Positions 47,741 to 59,132 of a DNA stretch of 64,000 nucleotides are shown here, in pieces. A program made the position numbers and the translations under genes. Within the stretch, counting starts at the first letter, position 1; every line of letters begins with the position of its first letter. The stretch is from Macrostomum hystrix (lineage: Eukaryota; Animalia; Platyhelminthes), in NCBI GenBank assembly GCA_950097015.1, contig CATNEN010000039.1, positions 9,114,001-9,178,000 of the forward strand, in the 5' to 3' direction. A model generated the notes under the pieces. It saw only the letters and a list, made by a program, of their open reading frames with translations, made no database searches and was not told the DNA's origin.

Positions 47741-50700
47741 TCAAGCCTTTGGTTTGCCCTTGGCCTTGGCTTTGTCCTCCTGCTGATCGGGTCCGGCCGG
47801 CTTGCTCAACTGGTCCACCTTAGCCTTGAGCTCGTCGTGACTCTCATGAATAGCTTTTAGCTCTTCGACCCGCAGCTTCTGCTCAGACTGGATTTTCATG
47901 CCCAGCACGGTCTTCACAGTCTGGACTGCCTCAGCCAACTTGCGCACCTGTGCCTGGCACTCCTCCAGCTCCGCCGCTGTCACACCGCCGCCTCCGCCAC
48001 CGCTGTGGCCTCCCAGAGTGTCCAGCCTGGCCCGCAGCTTGGCCAGCTCCTTGTTCATCTCGTCGACGGCTTTAGCCCGATCGGACACTTCAGTGGACAG
48101 GCCGGCTCGGAGCTCCTCACGGACAGTGCCAACCAGGGCGCTGGTTGAGCTCAGCTGTCAAAGAAGCCGATATGGTGTGTTTCTGTTAACAGTAGAAAGA
48201 CTACGCTATTTTGCCTGGGGAAGAAAGACGAATGAAAAAACCACGGAGGATGTTTCAAATACCCACCGCCTACTGCACGATTGCTGCCAAACTGAATGAC
48301 CGATTTTTGTGAGAGTCCACCAAATGGATCAAAGTTGTCCGCCCTTGACGTTGAGCTAACTTACAAAAGTCGTCCGACGTAGGCATCGTCAATATATTCA
48401 GCTATTGAAGATATTGCCGAAAACTGTGTTGACGCTTAACTTTCACTATGCTCACTACAGTGTACATCGCTAGACTGACTGTACACTGACTGATTGTTTC
48501 TGTCACTTGCACATTGCGCTCAAATTCTATCGATTAGGCTAGCTTAGGCTCTGAGAGTTTTCGTCAGACATCAAACCTAGCTGATCGAGTTGCCTCAACA
48601 TAAAAACAAGGACAACTGTAACATTGCACTGTGTAAACCTATTTGGCGAATCCAAAGTGGATTCCATGAGGACCAACCTCTAAAGGCACTGACTGAAGAT
48701 GAGAGAGCTGTTATTATTGTTTTTTATAGTCGATCTGATGTGGAGTGTGCTACGGGAATCGAGTGGGAATGTGAGCCAGCAGAATTTTTCAAATTTTAGG
48801 CAGTTAATAATCGCGACCCACCTAGCAGCTGGCCGCAAAGCAAGATCATTAATCTTAAGGCCGGGTTTGGGGCGGCGGTGAATTAAGTAGCCGTCGAATC
48901 CCCTCTCCCTGGATCTGTTCTAGCCCCCTGTAGGAATGACTGATCGCGGGACATAACTTTATTGTATGAGCTAGTTTAGGTCATAATTCCCCTCCAAACC
49001 GCGATCAGATATTGGGAATCACTCGGGCATTATGAGTGATCATTAATTCTTCATGTCCCCACTTCTTACAGTATTCGAGCCCAGCTCGACTTTATGACCT
49101 CCTCTCTTAGATACATGTAAATGTCACTGTAGGCAGGTCGGCGCCTGCGCTTCCATTGTCCTGGCGGAGTAACAATTATTGGCCGACTGCCGGCGGCTGC
49201 TCGTAAAGGAGCATCTGTCGTTTCTCGCCGCCGGTTCATTGGGTAATCGGGGTGGCCATCGCCGCTTCGATTCCTCGATGACAGGCTGGCGCGAATGTGT
49301 GTTATTTTTATGAATGTCGAGGTTGGCGTGCTGCAGGACCATTTAAGAAAGCGCGCTGCGCTGCTCCCCCTAGGACCTCCGCCCAGAGACTTAACCGGCT
49401 TGCGGACCCGTCTTCCCCGACGAGCCTTCCGGACTTATCTCTCCCACTTAGGGTTTAGACCCTCGAGCTTTAAGCTCATCTAGCGCTCACAGGCTCATTG
49501 CCTGCCTATAAGCTCCTAATAGTGCAAGCCACCTCTTTAGGTGAGCTCTCGAATTGAGCCACTGAGCTCCACCGGTGTGTTGGCCCCTGCCAGCTCACAC
49601 TTAGCTTTCCCCTCCTCTGTCCTCTGGCCAATTTTAATTACAACTTAAATGCTTTCACCTAGTGTTTGCCTCTATGTTTATTTTCTCTACTAGACAGCCC
49701 TCAGCTATGAGTGGCTAATCTTCTAGGGGGTGGGCTCTGGTGATGCCGAGCTGAAGGCTGCTGCAGGAAGGCAACTGTACGCGCGCATGATAGTAATAAG
49801 AAGCTAGGGATTCGCGAGCAGATGCGGAGTGTAGCACGTGCATCTCTGCCGGGGTGGGGGATTCCTTGGCCGGTTTCCCTCTCTTCCTGGTGGGTCAAGG
49901 GGTACGTGCCAAACTCCCCTGCCAATGGAGCTTCCCTTCTGTCCCCCTACTCTCGCAACTGCGGCCACGGGAGCGAGAGTGATGATCTAATAATCTTTCG
50001 CTTGCGTAATCACTCAGCCAGTGTTCTGCTTAATCTCTCCAGCCTCTGATTTCCTCAACTCACACAGATTCGGGTTGTAAGTTACTTAATGTGTAGGCTG
50101 CAGTCTAATGTATATAATGTGTCTGATGTCTTACGAGTAGGATTCCGGCTATGGATTCTCATTCGAGCTCTTAGTACCACCTTTCTAGACCCCTGTAGCG
50201 CGAATTCAGGAATCCCCTTTTGAGGCGTGTCTCGATCCATTCTGGGGCTCTGACCCCAGTCTAAAACGGAAGTTGCAGAATGCCCTATTTTTCGGCTTGT
50301 CTAGATCTGCGTGATAAAGTAGGAGCTGTCGCTGTGTACTCCGGGGACCCAAGTTCCCAAATGCCTGCGGTGGCGACGTAGGCGCATTGGGTGGTGGCGC
50401 TACCCTAGATCATATATCCGCTTTGCCGATAGCCTTTCCGCAGTTCTGTGACAAGAGCCTAGGCCGATTCGACCACCGCTACCAAGGTTAGGAGTCAGTT
50501 GCGCCCGTGCTACTGACGACAGTAGGCTGTCTAGCCCTGTCCTGTCCGATTCCGGATAGTCCGAAGCCTCTATCTTTAGACTTTAAGCCGGTTTCGAGCA
50601 TTGCTTGGGGTAGGCACGGCAATCATGCCTGTGGCCTATGGGACGAGTGGGACTGGCCAGCCTGAGGCCGATAGGACCACTACCTGCATCTACTGAACCT

Positions 50701-53664
50701 CCTCATCTCTCCCTTCATCTCCTCTCTGTCCCCGCGACATCTCGCGAGTAGCTAGGTGGATATTTAATCGACTATGTCGCCCGCCTCTAGCAATCATCTC
50801 TCATGAGGGCAGGTCAGCGGTTGCAAAACACCCAAACCATGTCAGGATGATCTTCTCCATGACTAACCATTTCAGATCGCCTTCAGCACGGTGCTCTTAA
50901 CCAAAGTTTACCTGAAGAGGCAAAAAAGCAAACCTTGGCTTTAGTCAAGGCATTTCCAATACCTCGAGGACAAGGGCATGGACTGGACGCGAGGAGCATG
51001 CTCTTGCTATAGTTTTTCAGACTCCAAATGCCACAAAAACACTTAGACTCGACGTAAGACTGAGTGCCACTTCATTCTGAGTACATAGTGATGAAGCATT
51101 GTGCGCCCAGTGCCAGCTCACCAGATCATCGGTGGCAGCCTGTCGGTTCTGGATGGAAGCCAGTTGGCCCTTGACCAGCTCCTGCCACTTTGTTGACGCG
51201 TCAAACTTTTCTGCCAGCTGACGCAGCGCCAAAGAGATTTCCTGAAGATTTTGAGAATTTCAGTATAACCATAGACATATTAGCAGCCTGCAGATTCAGC
51301 AACCCCACCCCTCACTCCTCACATTCAGCAACCCCAACCGTCACTCCCACATTCAGCAACCCCAACCGTCACTCCCCACATTCAGCAACCCCAACCGTCA
51401 CTCCCCACATTCAGCAACCCCAACCGTCACTCCCCACATTCAGCAACCCCAAACCTCACTCCCACATTCAGCAACCCCAAACCTCACTCCTCACATTCAG
51501 CAACCCCAACCGTCACTCCTCACATTCAGCAACCCCAACCGTCACTCCTCACATTCAGCAACCCCAACCCTCACTCCTCACATTCAGCAACCCCAACCCT
51601 CACTCCTCACATTCAGCAACCCCAACCGTCACTCCTCACATTCAGCAACCCCAACCCTCACTCCTCACATTCAGCAACCCCAACCGTCACTCCTCACATT
51701 CAGCAACCCCAACCGTCACTCCTCACATTCAGCAACCCCAACCCTCACTCCTCACATTCAGCAACCCCAACCGTCACTCCTCACATTCAGCAACCCCAAC
51801 CCTCACTCCTCACATTCAGCAACCCCAACCCTCACTCCTCACATTCAGCAACCCCAACCGTCACTCCTCACATTCAGCAACCCCAACCGTCACTCCTCAC
51901 ATTCAGCAACCCCAACCCTCACTCCTCACATTCAGCAACCCCAACCCTCACTCCTCACATTCAGCAACCCCAACCGTCACTCCTCACATTCAGCAACCCC
52001 AACCGTCACTCCTCACATTCAGCAACCCCAACCGTCACTCCTCACATTCAGCAACCCCAACGCTCACTCCTCACATTCAGCAACCCCAACCCTCACTCCT
52101 CACATTCAGCAACCCCAACCCTCACTCCTCACATTCATAGATGCAGCAAATGCAAATTAGCTAAAACATAAATTTTCCTTTTACCTCGGACTTCTGTTTC
52201 TCCTGCGGGATAAAATTAGTGATATGAATTGCTATTGAGCATTAGGAACGGCAATTTGATGGCATAGATAATTATTTGCTACAATAAGTACCCTAATAGT
52301 TCTCACCGCAGTGGCATTTGAGTCCACTTTTTCAGTCAGGCGATCCAATTTAGTGCCCAGTGACTGAACCCGCTCGTCTGAGTCTGTCACTCTGCGCATT
52401 GTCTCGCGTCGGTAGTCCTCTAGAAGGGTCTGCAACTGCTGCGAGTCCTAGGAAGGCATTAAATGTTTTTTGTGCTTTTTGTGGAGTTCTTAAGCAGAAA
52501 TCTTCAAGACTAGCATTCTGTCACCCAGTCTAGCAGTCTGTCACTCAGTCTAGCAATCTGTCACTCAGTCTAGCAATATGTCACTCTGTCTAGCAGTCTG
52601 TCACTCAGTCAGGCAGTCTATCACTCAGTCTAGCAGTCTGTCACTCAGTCAGGCAGTCTATCACTCAGTCTAGCAGTCTGTCACTCAGTCTAGCAGCGTG
52701 TCACTCAGTCTAGCAGTCTGTCACTCAGTCAGGCAGTCTATCACTCAGTCTAGCAGTCTGTCACTCAGTCAGGCAGTCTATCACTCAGTCTAGCAGTCTG
52801 TCACTCAGTCTAGCAGTCTGTCACTCAGTCTGTCACTCAGTCTAGCAGTCTGTCACTCAGTCTAGGAGTCTGTCACTCAGTCTAGCAGTCTGTCACTCAG
52901 TCTAGCAGTCTGTCACACAGTCTAGCAGCCTGTCACTCAGTCTAGCAGCCAGTCAATAGGTCCCGGACGCACCGATCCCGGCAGGTTTCGCAGCTTCTGC
53001 GCCAGCGCCGCCACCTCCCGGTCTGTTCGCTCTGCCCGAGCCTCGGCCTCGCGCAGCCTGGCAGCCGACTTGGCCTCGGCCGCCTCCGCCGCCGACTGAG
53101 CGCGCCTGGCGGCTTCCACCAGCTCTATGGAGGCTGCTTGGGAGGCCGGCGGCGGCGGCGGCGCGGGAGGCGAAGGAGGCTCCCGCGGAAGAGGCTGCAC
53201 AACTGCCGGTGGGGGGATCTTGACCGCCCTGATTGCCTCTGTGAGTCGCTGCTCAAGCTCTAGCCGGGCCTGTCTCTCCCGTCCGGACCTGATGTCCAGC
53301 TCCCCAAGAAGCATCCGCTCGGACTCCGCCTGGCCCCGTGCGGCCTCCTCACGAAGCCGGACCTCCTTAGCCAGCATCCGCTGTCCCATCAGCTCGACGG
53401 CCTCCTGAATGCGCGTCTGCAGCAGCAACAGGTCGGCGTCCTGCAGACTACTGCCGTTGCTAGCCGTGTGCTTCTGCTTCTGCAGCTGCTCTTGCTGCTG
53501 AAGCTGCAGCTGCGTCACTTGGCGCTCTAAGCGGCCTCGTTCAGCCGATTCTCGCTTTACCCGATTCTTCAGGTCGGACAGAGCTCGCTGAAGGCCTGTC
53601 GACGTCAGCTCCCTGCTGCTGTCGCTTTCAGCAGCTTGACTGGGCTTCTGCTGCTGTTGATGTA

Positions 53665-53716
<52 letters not shown>

Positions 53717-55263
53717 AAAAAGCTGCTGCTGCATCTGCTGATGATGTCGCTGGTCCAGCTGCCTATCGTTTAGACGCATGGCTGCTATCTGCAGGTCGTG
53801 GAGTGGGGTGGGTGCAAGAATGCAGGGGAACTGTGGAGTGGGGTGGGTGCAATAATGATGTCGGGGGTTGGGGTGGGTGCAATAATGAGGTCGGGGAGTG
53901 GGGTGGGTGAACGAACGCATTGAGCCAGCAAGTTTAATATAGGATTCTTAAGTGGATATAATTATACAAAATTTAACCCCAAACCAACAGGCAAGAGAAT
54001 CTATTTTTATTCAATACAATTTAAATTTTACCTCCTGAGCCAAGCGACTCGTCTGGCGATCCTGCTCGGCTCGCCCCCTAGCCAGTTCTGACAGCTCATT
54101 CTCTAGGGCTTCAATCCGAGCCATTGTCTGCCGCTCGATACGGTCTAGGCCAGCCACGCCGCCGCCGCCGCCTCCGTTGGCGGCAACGGCGGCCGCAGCC
54201 CGCATCACCGCCTCCTCCATGGCCTGCCTCGTGCGCCTCTCCTGTCGCGCCGTGTTCGAGCGCAGCTCCTCCTGAGTTCGCGCCACCTCCGATAGCAGGG
54301 CTCGATTGGCGCGCTCGGCCACTCGCAGTCGGGCTTCCAGATTGCGCAGGCGCTCCTCCGGTCCTTCAGGGACTGGCGGTGTGGCCGCTTGTCCAGCATT
54401 GCCACCAGCGGCTCCGGTTTGGCCAAAGTCGTGAGACGGTCGGGTCAGGGTTGGAAACTCCCAGGCTCTGCTCAGATGTTTTCGCGGAACCGGAGTTTAT
54501 CGGTTTTTATAATTGGGTGCCAGACTGCGCTAGGCGTGGATTGAAAAAGAGTGAGGTGGGTGCCAGACTGCGCTGGGTGCGGATTGAAAATGAGTGAGGT
54601 GGGTGCCAGACTGCGCTGGGTGCGGATTGAAAAAGAGTGAGGTGGGTGCCAGACTGCGCTGGGTGCGGATTGAAAATGAGTGAGGTGGGTGCCAGACTGC
54701 GCTGGGTGCGGATTGAAAATGAGTGAGGTGGGTGCCAGACTGCGCTGGGTGCGGATTGAAAATGAGTGAGGTGGGTGCCAGACTGCGCTGGGTGCGGATT
54801 GAAAATGAGTGAGGTGGGTGCCAGACTGCGCTGGGTGCGGATTGAAAATGAGTGAGGTGGGTGCCAGACTTCGCTGGATTCTGATTAAAAATGAGTGAGG
54901 TGGGTGCCAGACTGAGGTTTTTGTGGAGTCGAATGGAGTGAGGTGGGTGCTCGAATTGTATGGGTGTGGAGTGAAAGAGAGTTGATGCTGGAGCTATAAT
55001 CCAGTGGATGTGGAGTCGAACAAAGTGAAAGTAAAATGGAGTCGGATATAGAGCAATAAATTGGTGATGATCAATTTGCGTCACGAAGGTTGTCAAAAGT
55101 TGCTTTTGAGTCATTTAGTCTACGATTGTGAACAATGACCGATTTTTCTGCACGCGTAGTAGACGTAATTTGAAAAAGTTCATTTAAAATTCAAAATTCC
55201 CAAAGCTTACCTGATAGTTGGATTTCGATTCCTCACAACGTAAGTCTGTTTGACACCATGCAT
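47741..55263 (-). CDS. Long coiled-coil protein, CCDC154-like (~659 aa), 6 exons
   Basis: Exons 55263-55211, 54467-54032, 53788-52973, 52447-52307, 51241-51122, 48154-47741 join in frame by GT-AG. Heptad-rich. The C-terminal KLAEAVQTVKTVLGMKIQSEQKLR recalls CCDC154 (family call tentative). Confidence 0.75.
51293..52138. repeat. 29-bp intronic minisatellite (CATTCAGCAACCCCAACCGTCACTCCTCA), ~29 copies
   Basis: Directly visible; ORF 51190-52140 is a repeat translation. Confidence 0.97.
52508..52950. repeat. 20-bp intronic minisatellite (GTCACTCAGTCTAGCAGTCT), ~22 copies
   Basis: Directly visible. Confidence 0.97.
54515..54950. repeat. 43-bp intronic minisatellite (GAGTGAGGTGGGTGCCAGACTGCGCTGGGTGCGGATTGAAAAT), ~9 copies
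   Basis: Directly visible. Confidence 0.95.
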
Positions 55264-56348
55264 GTTGCGCTCAAATTTGCTGACCTCAGCTAGCCCGGTG
55301 TTTCAATGTAAAGATTTGGCTACAATGCCAGCTTGAATTAGAGGCCGGAGAAAAGGAGGCCAGCTCAGGGCGGACAGAGCCAGCTTTTCTGTGGACTGAA
55401 AAGCTTCGCAGATCCCATCTTCCCCCGCCTCACCTCCTCCTAGGAGCGCCCTGGCAACGAGAGGCGGGGCGGCCAAGTCTCCCCCCCAACTGCAGCATTC
55501 GCATCTGGGAAACTTCTCCCGCGGTCTCCGCACTCTCTGCCCTGCAGTCCGCACTACTCAGGCCTTTAGAGGGCCGGGCCGATTGTTCTTAACACTCCTC
55601 TGTACATCAGCCACACCAGCGTGTTTCCGCATTCCGCTGCTGGCCACAGGCTGTCATCATTGCCCCCCCCCCTGAGTACAGCCCAGCATGCCGACTAGGG
55701 GACAAAAAGTTGAATAAAAGCTTTGGCACTAGCTAGGCCTATCAGATACAAATGGCTTCAGTCAACTGAAAAAAGTAAAAAACCGGCGATTGCTGCTGCT
55801 GCTGGCTCCTGTCTTCCTAAACCCGCCACCCCAGAAAATCCTTTCTTTCAGTTGGCCTGGTTACCATTGGCAACAGGTGCGCTGGGGGGGGAGGGCAGCG
55901 TATTGAGTGAATTTGAAACATTTCAGCTGCTATTTATTATTCAGCTGCTCAATGAATAGCGAGCCTCTTTAAAGCCCAGTCAGCGCTAATTAAGATGCCA
56001 CATCAAGCCAGTGAGTCTGCTGACAAAACAAAAAACGGTTGAGAAAAAACGAAGGCAAGTTTTTATTCAGTGAATATTTCTGCACTCTGCGTTGCTTAAA
56101 GTACACATCTTCGGTCCAATAAGTGGAATACTATTTAATAGTCGATTTTTATTCTGTTTTTGCAAAGTTAGCACTGGTCAGAAATTAGCAGATTATGTAG
56201 CGAGCACAAACCCAGTGACTGGCTGGAAGGCGAGTAAAATCGTGGAAAGAAACAGTTAAGTTCGCTGTTTCGAAAAGCAAAATCTAATCAGACAGTTATC
56301 TCTACACGATACTGCTAAAAGGAATCTGCCAGGAAGACTCCTGAAGAT

Positions 56349-56711
56349 GGAATCTGCCTAGATTGTGGATTCTCTAGAGACGATTCCAATAGAAGGAATC
56401 TGCCTAGATTGTGGATTCTCTAGAGACGATTCCAATAGAAGGAATCTGCCTAGATTGTGGATTCTCGAGAGACGATTCCAATAGAAGGAATCTGCCTAGA
56501 TTGTGGATTCTCTAGAGACGATTCCAATAGAACGAATCTGCCTAGATTGTGGATTCTCGAGAGACGATTCCAATAGAACGAATCTGCCTAGATTGTGGAT
56601 TCTCTAGAGACGATTCCAATAGAAGGAATCTGCCCAGATTGTGGATTCTCTAGAGACGATTCCAATAGAAGGAATCTGCCTAGATTGTGGATTCTCTAGA
56701 GACGATTCCAA
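56349..56711. repeat. 46-bp minisatellite (GGAATCTGCCTAGATTGTGGATTCTCTAGAGACGATTCCAATAGAA), ~8 copies
   Basis: Directly visible. Confidence 0.97.
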
Positions 56712-57283
56712 CAAAAATTAGTAAACTTACGTTAGAATGCTTAACCAATAACTAGGACAAGACAAAACAAACTTTAAAAAGAAAATTCACTCACTGCAAT
56801 CACCATTTAAACAAACGTGCGAATGATGTCCAATGATAAAAAAAAGAAAAAATGAAATGTCGAGTCATTTAAAGCAGGACAATCTGAATTAGCCATGAGT
56901 GATACTAGGCAGAAATTATTATAAATCACCGAAAGCAAAGCGTTCTAAATGAAACAGTTGTCGCTAGATCAAGCCAAATAACTGCCAATTTCGAACAGAA
57001 AGACTGTTTCCGAGTCAACTCCTTACACCGCGAATAAAAATACTAAAAGTACAACGCCAGTCAAAAAAATTAAAATCAACCGAATGTTGATGAGCTTCTA
57101 TGAAAGCAATTCAGTTATTAAGTTTTTCTAGTTTAATATACGTGCGGAATAGAAAACTAGAAACTTGACTAATGAACAAATTACTACTAACTGTTACTAA
57201 AGCGACTAGACACCTTTAAAAATAGTCTTTGTTCTTCACTTGAAAATAAATCATATTTACATTTTAGACGCAGTAAAGAACAG

Positions 57284-58970
57284 GACTGTGAGTGGATCAG
57301 GCTCATGAGGATCTGACAGTGAGTGGATCAGGCTCATGAGGATCTGACAGTGAGTGGATCAGGCTCATGAGGATCTGAAAGTGAGTGGATCAGGCTCATG
57401 AGGATCTGACAGTAAGTGGATAAGGCTCATGAGGATCTGAAAGTGAGTGGATCAGGCTCATGAGGATCTGACAGTAAGTGGAGCAGGCTCATGAGGATCT
57501 GACAGTGAGTGGATCAGGCTCATGAGGATCTGACAGTGAGTGGATAAGGCTCATGAGGATCTGACAGTGAGTGGATCAGGCTCATGAGGATCTGACAGTG
57601 AGTGGAGCAGGCTCATGAGGATCTGACAGTAAGTGGATCAGGCTCATGAGGATCTGACAGTAAGTGGAGCAGGCTCATGAGGATCTGACAGTGAGTGGAG
57701 CAGGCTCATGAGGATCTGACAGTAAGTGGAGCAGGCTCATGAGGATCTGACAGTGAGTGGAGCAGGCTCATGAGGATCTGACAGTGAGTGGATCAGGCTC
57801 ATGAGGATCTGACAGTGAGTGGATCAGGCTCATGAGGATCTGACAGTGAGTGGATCAGGCTCATGAGGATCTGACAGTGAGTGGATCAGGCTCATGAGGA
57901 TCTGACAGTGAGTGGATCAGGCTCATGAGGATCTGACAGTGAGTGGATCAGGCTCATGAGGATCTGACAGTAAGTGGATCAGGCTCATGAGGATCTGACA
58001 GTGAGTGGATAAGGCTCATGAGGATCTGACAGTGAGTGGATCAGGCTCATGAGGATCTGACAGTGAGTGGATCAGGCTCATGAGGATCTGACAGTGAGTG
58101 GATCAGGCTCATGAGGATCTGACAGTGAGTGGATCAGGCTCATGAAGATCTGACAGTGAGTGGATCAGGCTCATGAAGATCTGACAGTGAGTGGAGCAGG
58201 CTCATGAGGATCTGACAGTGAGTGGAGCAGGCTCATGAGGATCTGACAGTGAGTGGATAAGGCCATGAGGATCTGACAGTGAGTGGAGCAGGCTCATGAG
58301 GATCTGACAGTGAGTGGATCAGGCTCATGAAGATCTGACAGTGAGTGGAGCAGGCTCATGAGGATCTGACAGTGAGTGGATAAGGCTCATGAGGATCTGA
58401 CAGTGAGTGGATCAGGCTCATGAGGATCTGACAGTGAGTGGATCAGGCTCATGAGGATCTGACAGTGAGTGGATCAGGCTCATGAGGATCTGACAGTGAG
58501 TGGATCAGGCTCATGAAGATCTGACAGTGAGTGGATCAGGCTCATGAAGATCTGACAGTGAGTGGAGCAGGCTCATGAGGATCTGACAGTGAGTGGAGCA
58601 GGCTCATGAGGATCTGACAGTGAGTGGATCAGGCTCATGAGGATCTGACAGTGAGTGGATCAGGCTCATGAAGATCTGACAGTGAGTGGAGCAGGCTCAT
58701 GAGGATCTGACAGTGAGTGGATAAGGCTCATGAGGATCTGACAGTGAGTGGATCAGGCTCATGAGGATCTGACAGTGAGTGGATCAGGCTCATGAAGATC
58801 TGACAGTGAGTGGAGCAGGCTCATGAGGATCTGACAGTGAGTGGATAAGGCTCATGAGGATCTGACAGTGAGTGGATCAGGCTCATGAGGATCTGACAGT
58901 GAGTGGATCAGGCTCATGAGGATCTGACAGTGAGTGGATCAGGCTCATGAGGATCTGACAGTGAGTGGAG
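57284..58970. repeat. 31-bp minisatellite (GACAGTGAGTGGATCAGGCTCATGAGGATCT), ~54 copies
   Basis: Directly visible, downstream of the CERK stop codon. Confidence 0.98.
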
Positions 58971-59132
58971 ACTGTGACAAATAGGAATTGGGAAAATACA
59001 AGTCAAGCACGTTTAAATCTGACTGGAAAAATTATTGCCGAGTTGGCAAAAATTAAGCAGAAATTTAACAACTATCTACTACTAGTAGAAATAAAAGTAA
59101 AAGCTGGTTAAAATAGGCACAAGTTAATTAGG

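Noticed and set aside
50905-50960. Hammerhead-like CTGAAGA-GGC-AAAAA-GC-AAAC plus stem
   Set aside because: Lacks the GAAA core, the UH cleavage site and a stem I pairing.
55290-55700. GC-rich patch as a MITE upstream of the coiled-coil gene
   Set aside because: Only weak terminal similarity and no clear TSD.
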